Source of the DNA: Thraustotheca clavata | Taxonomy: Eukaryota | Assembly: GCA_002081575.1 (NCBI GenBank) | Contig: JNBS01000043.1 | Location: forward strand, 1-52,624 | Direction of reading: 5' to 3' | Length of the DNA stretch: 52,624 nt | Shown: positions 37,900 through 49,041 of the stretch, one piece after another | How positions within the stretch are numbered: position 1 is the stretch's first letter | Layout of the letters: each line of letters begins with the position of its first letter | The notes under the pieces: model-generated | What the model was told of the DNA's origin: nothing | Databases searched by the model: none | Seen by the model: the letters and a program-made list of their open reading frames with translations, nothing else | Program-made: the position numbers and the translations under genes

Positions 37900-39258
37900 A
37901 TGGTCAAAATTGCCTTTTCCGTTGCTATGCTTTCTGCTGTCGTTGCTGCTGCCACTACACCATCCCAAGAATGTGCTCCAAGTTGTTTGTTGAATACTAT
38001 TGCTGGTTGCTTTGGTTGTCCTGCAGCTGGGTTTGCTGTCGGCGGCGTTGGTGGTGTAGGAGGCGTTGGTGGCATTGGTGGTGTCGGTGGTGTAGGAGGT
38101 CCTAATGGTAATGGTCGCAATGGTAATGGAAATGGTCATCAACCTTATCCAACTCCAGCACACTCTGTACCTTCACCAACCCCCGCAGGTTCTACTCCAG
38201 CGAATACACCCCAAGGCAATGGTTCCAATAACCAAGGTGGCAATAACCAAGGTGGCAATAACCAAGGTGGCAATAACCAAGGTGGCAATAACCAAGGTGG
38301 CAATAACCAAGGTGGCAATAACCAAGGTGGCAATAACCAAGGTCCTAATGGTGGTAATAACCAAGGTCCTAATGGTGGTAATAACCAAGGTCCTAATGGT
38401 GGTAATAACCAAGGAATGAACGGTGGTAACCAGGGCATGAATGGATTTGGCGGTAACCAAATGGGTGGTAATATGATGGGTAACTTTGGTCAGGGAAATA
38501 ATATTTTGGGTCAAAATGCCATGGGGAACGCAGGGCAAGGTATGGGCCTTTCAGGCGGTCAAAATAACATGCGACCTGGTGAAGATTTCAATGGTAATCA
38601 AGGAGGTATGGGTAACTTTGGTGGTCAAGGTGGCTTTGGTGGTCAAGGTGGCATTGGTGGCCAAGGTGGCTTTGGTGGCCAAGGTGGCTTTGGTGGTCAA
38701 GGTGGCATTGGTGACCAAGGTGGCTTTGGTGGCCAAGGTGGCTTTGGTGGCCAAGGTGGTCAAGGTGGACAAGGCTTTAATGGTCAAAGCGGCCAAGGGA
38801 TGAATGGCCAAAATAATAATGGCAATGGTAGCCAAGGACAATCTCCAACTCCTGCATCATCAACACCTTACTCTGGCTCTGGTAATGGCAACAACGGGAA
38901 TAGTGAAAGAAATGCAGCACCTCAAACCAGCGGTGGTAATGGTATCAATACCAACATGTTGGGGAACGGGTTAAACTCAAACATGCTAAACAACAATGGG
39001 TTAGCCAACAATAACATGATGGGCAATGCTCAGGGGCTTCTTGGTGGCGTACAAAATAACAATGGAAATGCTGAATCTGAAACACTTGCCCCAGCTCCAA
39101 ATTCTACAGCCCCAAACTCCACAACTCCAATTCCAGCTGACACAACTATGGCCCCAACCACTGAAGTTCCAACTACTGCCATTCCACACCAAAATTCGGC
39201 GGCTACAACTGGCCTCACGATGACTTTGGGTCTCTTATTCATTTTGTGTGCGCTCTAA
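37900..39258 (+). CDS. Secreted, probably GPI-anchored Gly/Asn/Gln-repeat surface protein
   Basis: Signal peptide MVKIAFSVAMLSAVVAA, 4-Cys head, repeat core, Thr/Pro stalk and hydrophobic C-terminal tail after NSAA. Confidence 0.85.
   Translation: MVKIAFSVAMLSAVVAAATTPSQECAPSCLLNTIAGCFGCPAAGFAVGGVGGVGGVGGIGGVGGVGGPNGNGRNGNGNGHQPYPTPAHSVPSPTPAGSTPANTPQGNGSNNQGGNNQGGNNQGGNNQGGNNQGGNNQGGNNQGGNNQGPNGGNNQGPNGGNNQGPNGGNNQGMNGGNQGMNGFGGNQMGGNMMGNFGQGNNILGQNAMGNAGQGMGLSGGQNNMRPGEDFNGNQGGMGNFGGQGGFGGQGGIGGQGGFGGQGGFGGQGGIGDQGGFGGQGGFGGQGGQGGQGFNGQSGQGMNGQNNNGNGSQGQSPTPASSTPYSGSGNGNNGNSERNAAPQTSGGNGINTNMLGNGLNSNMLNNNGLANNNMMGNAQGLLGGVQNNNGNAESETLAPAPNSTAPNSTTPIPADTTMAPTTEVPTTAIPHQNSAATTGLTMTLGLLFILCAL
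38227..38403 (+). repeat. Coding tandem repeats: 7 x 15 nt (NNQGG), then 3 x 24 nt (NNQGPNGG)
   Basis: AATAACCAAGGTGGC x7 at 38227-38331 and AATAACCAAGGTCCTAATGGTGGT x3 at 38332-38403. Confidence 0.95.
38617..38760 (+). repeat. Coding 18-nt tandem repeat GGQGG(F/I), about 8 copies
   Basis: GGTGG(T/C)CAAGGTGGC(T/A)TT units with a higher-order F-I-F pattern. Confidence 0.9.
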
Positions 39259-39335
39259 GCATTGCCATGTAGTATACCTAATCCTCTTAATCAAAAGTTG
39301 GAAAATATTGTCATTTTTATAGCTGTAGAAACCGA

Positions 39336-42300
39336 ATGGGCGACCACCTGCCTGATATCGCCGAGGAAATACTATATCAGCATCGAGCTTTAGGAAGCCG
39401 AACTTTAACTGAAGCACTTTTTAGTCTAGATGATGACAATGATGAGACTATACCAGTCGTTCCTTCAAAGTATAATTCTCTACGTTCTATGAGTGAAGCC
39501 TTGGCTCCAGTGGAAATGGATGTCCAAGCACAATGGAAATGGTAACTTTAAATGCTATAGCTGCTTAATAAATAGTTACAAGGCTTAATGGAAAGCACGG
39601 AGAAGCACTTGTAGCCTTTGAAGACATTGCACACCAATTTCCAGAATATCCTCATGTCAATTTTAAATTGGGTTATCTTCACTTGATCATGCGCAATTAC
39701 TCTCGAGCATTGAGTGCTTTCACGTATGCTCATTTTATCATGATACAATATATTGAACTGCAATATAGAAAGGAAATTGACAGTATTAATGCACAGCAGA
39801 AAGTAGCTGAAAATCGAGCTATGCTTTGGTGTTCGCATGCAGGACGTAAAGAGGCTTATTCTGTCATTAAAGAAGATGAAAAAGCTCGACATGAACAACA
39901 ATTACTCATGCTTAGTGGAGGAATGACTTTAGATGCTTGTATTACTATGGGAAGCCTGTTTTCTCAACTGGGTTTGCTTCAACGGGCTCAAGTTTGCTTT
40001 GAATTAGGTAAAGTCCATCAAGCAAAAGAAATTTGAAGAAATATTTGTTTTAGCTGCTACAATTGATCCAAAGCATCCAAATTACTTGGTGGAGCATGGA
40101 AAAGCGCTTTTACAACAACGTCGGCCTGAAAAAGCACTCATTATGTTTACACTTGGGTTATCTGAAGCTCAGGCTTTAAGTGAACAAGTTTTTCGTGCTA
40201 TGATCGGCCAAGCAATATCTCATATTCGCCTTGGTCATCTTGCAAGTAAGAAATTATCAATAGTTCTAGTTTTGAATGATTATTGTAGAAGCCAAAGACA
40301 TTTTGAATAGTATCATCGAAAGTATGTCACCTTTGGTTGAAAATGAAATTGCACCACTTTTACATGATTCAGAAATGGACAGAGCTACAATGCGTCAGAT
40401 TTATTTCCAAGCAATTCAAACTGCTGGTATAAAATCTTGTCTATTTGGTATTTAATCATGTTTTAGGATGTTGTGCTTTAGCAGCAGGGGATCTCAAACG
40501 AACACTTGATGTTTATTATCACATGATAAATCAATATTCCGATTTTCAGGTATATACATAACAAATTCTTAATCTCATGAAGATTAGCTTCCTGTGCTTT
40601 TAGTGACACCTGGTGTACGTGATGCAAAGGGGGAAATAGTTGATACTTCACTATTCTCTGTGGCTGGTATTGTAAATCTCTTAACATATTTGGATGAGGT
40701 TTGTTAAAATTAAATATATCATATTAAGACTTTATAGATTGATTCGCGTTATGGTCCAGATCCATGCTTATATTTTCACAGGTAAAGTTTTAGCTTGATG
40801 CATTTCAACACATTGACCCAGAGCTTGTGTTTATCGTGCATTGGGAAATTTAAAGTGTTTTCTTCAAGATTTAACAAAGTTGGAAGAACTCAACCCAAAT
40901 TTTATAACTAGCTATTTACACCGCGTATTTGCTCATTTTTTCTACAGAAAATGCTTAATGATGTTTAGTCGAGTTATGGAGACTTTTTGGATGAAGAAAT
41001 CATGACTTGGTTGCCATTTAAATTGTTATGTGCTATTCGCGATATCAAATGTAAAATGTTCGTATCTGATCTATCATTTCAAGCAATGTAGACAATGACA
41101 AAGTACATAATGCCCCACTCATCGAATATTTTCAAGAGCGTTTACACTACCAACCAAATGATATATATGCAGAGCTCTATATGATTGATTGTCTTCGTCG
41201 ATTAGAATTGTTAGGTTATCATTTTCATAATTTCCTTTATAAATGTTTACTTAGGTGAGAAAGCACTTTGCATTAAACGAATGCAACAAGCTGCTCGTGT
41301 ATCTCTGGATGACTCAAAACGAAGTGATGTATGAAAATATACTTCAGTTCTTTGTTACTATACTTGAATAGACTGGTGGATTTACATCTAAAGCACTTAC
41401 ATCATCATTGCTAGAACGACAAGAAGGCAATCCAATGGCTCAATTTATTGCTACTTTAGTAAATTTTTCACAATTTTTTCTTTATGGTGCTAACCACTCC
41501 ATTGTAAGCCTAATAATATTTTGATTAGAAGCTAAAGAACATTGCAATCGTGCAATTGAACTACTTACTAATGAATTGAGTGCCATGGAACGTGATATTC
41601 AAGGTCTCAAACAAATCCCACCACCTATTAGGTAAACTCTATAAATCAAATGTATGACTATTTTGATGTAGATGGAAGTATCAAAGTTATACTCGAGCCA
41701 AATATCATGCATTAGTCTGGTGATAAACTTAATTTTCTATCAATGATTTTACTCTTTTTTAGGCGTTCGTACATTCACCGATTCTTTTTGAATACTTCAC
41801 AAGGAATTGATGATCTCAAAACAGCAATAACTATTCTTCCCCGTGATCCTCATGCTTTGGTAATTGTGAATCCTATATACTTTTAAAGTCAAAAACTTTA
41901 ATAGTTTACTAAAGCAATGGTTATGCTTCATTTTAGTCAACTTCGACATGCTATACAACCACTGCAGTTGGCACTTGAGGTAGCGTCATAAATTTTATTT
42001 TATTGATTGTATTTTCTAAGGCCTTAAAACTCAATGGATTAAGTAAAGACAGAGTAGTTGTAAAGGATTATGTACTTCATGCAGGCCAAGCAACATTTTC
42101 TCTATTACCAGGGGTTTGTATTGAGGATGACTTTTACGTTAAATATATTACCAGGAATTACGACGAGAAATCAATGCAACATTACAACAATATGAAGAAA
42201 TATCTATTGGGAAGTCTTCAAAATCAGACGATAAACGAGCATCATTAGCAGCAAAAATATTTACAACAGAAGCATTAGACAAATTGTACGAGGCTGGTTT

Positions 42301-45300
42301 GTTAAAACTTTCCAAAGGACTGGTACAAAGTACATATATACATCTAAACTGATATTTACTTTAGCTTTCTGCATCAATTGATTACTTTGAAGCTCTTCTT
42401 TCAATTAAAGAATCATATACAACTCGAGCAATTGAAGCCATTCTTGATCTTCAAAAATGTCGAGATTCTCGTTTTATAGATGAAAAGGTGTATGTCATCT
42501 TATATAAAGTACTATAAGTCTAATTAGATATATATTTGTCATCGACAACTTACTCAACGATGTGGAAAACTTTTAAAAGTAAATGGGATGGATTTAGAGG
42601 CATATTTAGATATGATTGTTTGTTTGCATTATGCTCCACATGATATTGATATATACTATCGGCGAGCAATACTTTATCGACATTATCGTAATTATAAAGC
42701 TTGTTTAGAAGATCTATGTCTTGTAATGACTACATATTCATTACATTGACTTATTATTATAAAGGCTATTGAACTTACTTTAAATGGTGAAAAAGCCCAT
42801 ACACTCCGTGCAAGTCGTCATGAAAGGTTTAAATGATATCCAATATTTACTTATATTTCTATAGAGTAAAGAAAATGATTCAAACCCGCTGTGATATCTA
42901 CATGCATCTTAATGAACCATCAAATGCTCTTAATGATATAAATCTGGCACTTGCATTGCACCATCAAGAAAAAAATCCAAATCGATTAATATCACTACAT
43001 TTATATGAAAAAAGAAGCAGAATACTTGTAGCACTTGGAAGGTTTGAAGAAGCCATTGAAGTAAGAAATTTATATTTACAAATGACTTAATAATGAATAG
43101 GAAATGCAAAATGTGGTGGACATTTCCAACAATCAAACTTCAGACAAATCTATTGTAAATTTACTTCTCGTTGGTAATTTACATTGCCAAGTTGCTATGT
43201 ATTCAAGTGCGACAGATATTAACTATATATTTCCCACTCCGGTTTGTATATAAACCATAACATCTCTTAAAAATGTTAGGAAAATCCTCTGCCAGCAATG
43301 GCTTCGGAATCATTAACTACAGCTAAATGGTACTATGATGAAGCACTTAAACTCAATCCATCACTAGCACTTGGTCATTTTTTGAAAGGTATAATTTAAG
43401 GTTTTCAATTCTATTCAATATGCTTTAGGGCGAATGTATGCCATTCATGGAGATTGTAATGCTGCTTTGGAAAGTTTAAATAATTGCTTGAGGTAAGATG
43501 CTATAGTAGATACAATTATGTAAATACTTTTAGATTTGATCCATCATTTGTTGCAGCTCATTTTCTTTGTGGAAGCATTCGTGTACAGCAATGTTTACCA
43601 GAATTAGCTTTAGCTGAGTTTTTAATGGTAAGACATCAAGTCCCAACGTACCCAAATGTACAAACATCTATCGGGTATTGTTATTATCTTGAAAATAATT
43701 GCAAACGTGCTGTAATCGAATTAACTGAAGCAAGTAAGAAATTATTATATAGTACCAAGTTTGAAGTTATGGTAGTAAGACAATCCTTCGATGATTTTAC
43801 AGCACTTTATACTCGAGGCTGTGCTTTACAAGAATTATTAGCCCTTGAAAAAGCAATAGATGATTTTACATCGGTGCTTACTATTAAGAGTGAACACTAT
43901 CAATCTTTCTATCAGGTACTTGCATTGCTATACAATAGGTTAATTACTAGGCACTGATAGCGTGGTATCTGTAAATTATTGATGAAGGATTATTTAAAAG
44001 CAATTGCTGATTTGGAGCAAGCCTATAAACTAAATCCAAATTCAATGGTTCATGCACTCGAAGTTTTGGGTTATATCTATTACTACCTTCAGCAATACCC
44101 AAAAGCCATTCAAAGTAAGTGATGCCATAATATTGATACTCATAATACATTATAGTTTATACTCAGCATTCACATGAAAAAACAACAGATCCTAATGTTT
44201 TGGTATACAGAGGACTTTGTTATCATAAACTTAATGAGAATGATATGGCACTACGTGATCTTCACAGAGCTGTAATAATCTAAGCTTAATTCATATTAAT
44301 ATGCTATATAGGTGAAACTTGATACAAAGTTATGGTGTGGGTACTTTGCGTTAGCTGTGGTTTATCAGGCTAAAAATGATCTTGACCAAATGATAAGTTA
44401 TATGGCTATATGTATGCCACATTTAAAAACAACTTCACCATTTCAAGAGTCTAATGTATCAGAAAATAAAGCTCATGCTCTATTCTGTTATCGTAATCAA
44501 GCAACAAAGACAGAATTACTTAAACTCGCAAAATATTCATGTTCTCGATCACTAAAAAATCTACAACGAACACACCAAGGTTTAATGTACTAAATTCAAA
44601 TGATTTAAAATTTTATAGCAAACCCACAAGCTCGTCAAACAATGTACCGAGCATTTCGACGTGTGGTATTTCTTTCTCGTGTCATTACAGCAATGGAATC
44701 TCGAGCATTTAAAGCCACTTCATTTAATCGCCATGTTTCTAGTCAAATCAATTCTTTAACCAGCCCATCAATAATTGAAATACCGAAAGGTACTATATAT
44801 CAAGTTATGATATAGTTAAAAAGCATAGGCGTTTGTACACCGGAATGGATTGCATGGGGATATAATTTACTAGGAATTATGTGCCATGAACATAAAAAAC
44901 CCCAAGAAGCTTTAAGAAATTTTGCTCAAGCAATTACAGCACTACCAACAAATCCAGTTCCTTTTTTCAATCGGTAAGTTATTTCTCATACAAATGTACT
45001 CAAACAATCAATAGAGGCAATGTGTATTTCAGTATGAAAGCATATTCTTCTGGTATATTATTCAAAATATGATTCAATTTTTCATAGTTGATAGCTTTGG
45101 GTGAATATAAAGATGGATTAAAGGTTGATCCAAATCATATTCCTTGTTTGATAAATACTGCATTGGTTCAACTCGAGTTAGAAAATCTTGATGAAGCTTA
45201 TCATCAATTGAAAAAAGCTTCCAAGCATTTACTTGGTATTACTCCATCAACACAGCAGCTTGTTTATTACAACTTGGCAAATGTATCACGATCATTAGAA

Positions 45301-47255
45301 CGTTATGATGAAGCTATTGACTTGTATTTATTAGTAAACTTTAGACATCATTTAACTTTTTGTTAAATAGGTATACAAAGAGCATTGGAATTGATTCAAA
45401 AAACTTATTTGCTTTAAACAACCGTGCAGCATCTTATCATTTTCAAATGAAATATTCTTTAGGTAAAATTTCATATATATACAATTATTAACTTGTCAAT
45501 AGCTTTACAAGATTATGAACTTGCTCTACAATATCAACCAGAAGCATTTGAGACACGAATTAATCGAAGTCAATTATTCATAACAAGTTCAAAATGCTTT
45601 AAAGCACAACAAGATATTGCAATTGCCATGAAACAGAGTATCACAAGATTTTGAGATATATTTTTGTTATTTTCTATGTAGAACTATCATTACCTTTACT
45701 TAAAAGATTGTATGAATTCTGTACACACTGGTCTCAGGCTATGAACGTTGCATTAAATGATTTTCTATTTGCATTTCATGTATTTCCATGTTTTTCAATA
45801 TTTCCAATGGAAAATATAAATGAACCATTGCTTGATCCGCAATTTTTTCATTATACAGACTTATTAAATAAAGAGCATGCGACAACTAAAGGTACAATTT
45901 TGTCAAGTTAAGAAATTGTAAATTTGTAGGATTGGACAAAATGCTACAATCTTCTCAATCAAAAGAATTACCAACTTTACTTTATTCAGCTATAGAAGCT
46001 ATGGGAAGAATGGATTATAGTCTTGCTAAGAGATTACTGTTAAATGCAATTTACTCACCCAATTTATCCTTGGAAGAAATTCAAGTATGTTTACTTTGGC
46101 GTGCTCAAGTAAGAATATTGGTAGTATTGTATATAGGGAAATTTGTATATAGATTGAATTTGCTCGTGGAAATATCAAAATATGCATGGAAGTACTTGAT
46201 CAATTAGTAAAAATTACTGAGCCCAATGAAGATCAAAATTCACCTTCTCCAACAACACTACATCGCTGGTTGAATTATCCAAAAGCTTTAATCTTAATAT
46301 GTATAGGCCGTCTACATTAAAATCAACCGAAGAACGTGTTCTCATTGCTGCAGATATTTATGCTTATTCAGGTTGTGTTTTATATGCTCAGAATCAACAT
46401 GATCAAGCTATGGCTCAATTGGAAAAAAGTTTATCGTTAGCTCCTACAAATTTGTTTGCAATGCTCAATTGGTACCTTATCTACAATAAAATCCTTGGTA
46501 TTAATTGTGTTCCAGCATAAATTTGTACCGTCTTGAAGATAACTATTTGGCAGCAATAGAAAAAGTGCTACAAGCAATTGAAGTCGTGGTATTTATTCTT
46601 TCTGTATATTCTATTTACTATTGTAAAGGTCAATGGCCTTCAAATGAAAAAGCCAATGCAGACAGTGAGTACCTCAATTTAAAAGTATAATTAAAACTTT
46701 ATAGCACAAGAGAAACCAAGTATTAATTCGACATCACAATTTATCAACTGAGCTTATGGATACACCTGAAATTATTAAAGTATATTACGACTCTATTCAT
46801 GTACTAAATCACTTTAGAATTGCTGTCATGTTGTTTCTCTACTTCGGGAATATAAATTACTTCTTACTTGGGAAGTTGGAAATCATATTAAACAGCTTTG
46901 TGTATTACAAGGCAAACTTGCTATTGTTGTCGAAACTCTACGTGATTTAATTGCAGAACAACGAGCAAAGAAAACCAATTCAGAAGCTCCACTTTGGATT
47001 AAAGGTTTGAATTTAGTGCCATTACATGATATCATAGATCAATGTGCTGGTGAAATTATTGAAAAAGCTCCTGAATTTGTAGCCAACAAACAAATTGAAG
47101 CACTTATTAAAACTTCTCGACGTCAAGCATATCACTCTGTCATTGATATTCCATCAGGGGCATCATTTCATGCTGAATATGAACGTATTTGCTCTACAAT
47201 TGAAGCTTCTCTAGCTGATACTGAAGAAGAAAAAGTTGGAAATGATAATTCTTAA
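39336..47255 (+). CDS. Giant TPR-repeat protein (TTC6-like), about 40 short introns
   Basis: Many TPR-like exons (ALYTRGCALQELLALEKAIDDFT, YYNLANVSRSLERYDEAI, ALNNRAA) joined by a chain of GT-AG introns. About 43 introns counted by hand, nearly all 34-47 nt. Confidence 0.8.
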
Positions 47256-47266
47256 ATGCATTATTG

Positions 47267-48420
47267 TTATTGTGAAAATGAGACATAAGTTGGAATTTTC
47301 GTACGAATTATACGCAAAGCTTCAGTACCTATAAAATACATTTGTAGAACACAATTATAGTAATATTTTACCTCCATTGCGCTCAAGTACACCAAGAGTA
47401 TCGTCAATAGTTCCTTTTAATGATTTGGAAGAGTATTTACGATGAATTTGCTGAATTAATTTTGGTAAATGAACATTCATATCCGATCCCACAGCTTCAG
47501 AGATTGATCTAAAAAGTATAATTTCAATGTTATATTATGCAAAATGTACTGAATTGCATTCATAGTCACAATTAAAACATCATCTTGAGGTGCCATTAGT
47601 GCTGATCGAATTGGTGGAATTAGCAAATTTAAAAGTGGTCGAACTTTTTCATCAGCACCCTAAATGAATTAAATACTAAATTTTAGCTTCATATATTGTA
47701 CATTTGCATGCATTAAATCATGAAAACCTTGGCGAGCAAGAAATACAAATGGATGTTCAGTCTCTTGAAAACCTTCACAACATGTTACGAGTAATGGATT
47801 ATAGTCCAGTTCTAAGTTAACAAGTTGGAAATATATAGTCAAAATAATCACACCTTCAGGTGACTGATTCCATTGTAAAGCATTCTTAATACCACCATGA
47901 TTAATTCTAAGACAATATAAGCTCGATTCATACATGATAAATAAATATACCTGCATGGTATATTGCCAGCAGAATAGGCAGCTCCAAAATTTCTATTCAC
48001 ATATAAGTGCATGGTATAGTATAAAATTACGTCTTGTGTCTTTTCTTGGTACTCCATGGATCAGCTTGTTTATGCTTATTCAATGCTGCAGAAGGCATTG
48101 CATGCCCTGCTTTCTTTGTATTGACTTGTCAGATATAAGGCTAAAATTTAAAAGGATTAAATACCTGCTTCTGCAACATTGTTATCGACTGGTTTTTTCG
48201 TCATTGTTGATTCACGTTGAGGTTTAATATCACGGTTTGGTTTAATTTCACGTTGAGGTTTAAGTTCACGTTGGGGTTTACTTTCACATTCTTTATCACT
48301 TCTTGATACAGCTAATCGAGCTCGACTACCATCTCGAATAGAAGATGTCGATTTTTCGGATTGATTTGATCCAGGACGACTTAAAGGTTTAGAAACTTGT
48401 TTGGCTTTACTTTGGTTCAT
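47267..48420 (-). CDS. PACRGL: PACRG-like protein, multi-exon
   Basis: YSAGNIPCRINHG..LQW, LDYNPLLVTCCEGFQETEHPFVFLARQG and terminal ERNGG.EALRIIRTKIPTYVS. Confidence 0.88.
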
Positions 48421-48515
48421 TTTGGTGCAGATGTAGTAGTAAAAATAAGAGTAAAACCAGCTAATGTTAGCAGCAGTTTAATAGTTTATTTAGACTATTA
48501 ACTATAACCACTAGT

Positions 48516-48836
48516 TTATATTAAAAGAAGAGCAAAAGCAATCGATATAATCACAGTAAGTGAATGCAGTGAATTGTATTCAGTTTTACTGTGAACCAGG
48601 GGTACCTTGGTGGACTCTTGTTGAAAATATGCTTTTTTTGTATCAACATCGTCATCATTTGAAAGATCAATTGCACCATTTTCTAATGCCATAGCAAAGG
48701 CATTTACACCATATCCCCAATCTGGACAACCATAACAACCTGTTGTACCTCCACGTACACAAGTCGGTGCACATTCAGGAAGAGTTGATTCAGACATTGC
48801 AAATGGCAATAATAACAAGAGATGAAATACTTTCAT
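48516..48836 (-). CDS. Small secreted, probably GPI- or TM-anchored 4-Cys protein
   Basis: Signal peptide MKVFHLLLLLPFAMS, motif ECAPTCVRGGTTGCYGCP and hydrophobic tail LTVIISIAFALLLI. Confidence 0.8.
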   Translation of the reverse strand: MKVFHLLLLLPFAMSESTLPECAPTCVRGGTTGCYGCPDWGYGVNAFAMALENGAIDLSNDDDVDTKKAYFQQESTKVPLVHSKTEYNSLHSLTVIISIAFALLLI

Positions 48837-49041
48837 GGTTGATCAATAGTTTGTGGTAATAAAACTTTAATTATTGCTTGAGGTGTATATTTTATATTTT
48901 GGATGGTCTACTGATGAAAGATGGCTTAAATTTTTGGTTCCAAAACATTAAAACCCATAATTATTATCTTACCAACTGAGCCAACATGATATAAACCAAA
49001 TATTAACTTCAGTTGGCTTTTTTCTCTTGATCGTTGTTTAG

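Noticed and set aside
38227..38403. Repeat array as a possible CRISPR
   Set aside because: The units are head-to-tail with no spacers, lie in frame within a eukaryotic gene, and no cas genes are present.
38105..38841. Repetitive ORFs (ITKVA)n, (PPWLL)n, (TLVIA)n, (KVALV)n and (TKATL)n
   Set aside because: They are alternative-frame and antisense shadows of the 15/18/24-nt coding repeats. They are stop-free only because of the repeat unit.
41459..41528. Apparent 70-nt second long intron in the TPR gene
   Set aside because: The frame stays open to TAT-G, and a 41-nt intron starting gtgcta (~41488) restores the frame, so it is an ordinary short intron.
1097..47255. Fragmented ORFs as evidence of an alternative genetic code or programmed frameshifting
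   Set aside because: In the intact genes the breaks I traced are resolved by short GT-AG introns under the standard code.
17591..48420. Functional clustering of flagellar genes (EFHC, TPR, PACRGL) or DNA-repair genes (SNF2-RING, POLK, p62) across the whole window
   Set aside because: The genes are interspersed with unrelated ones over tens of kb, which is compatible with chance in a gene-dense genome.
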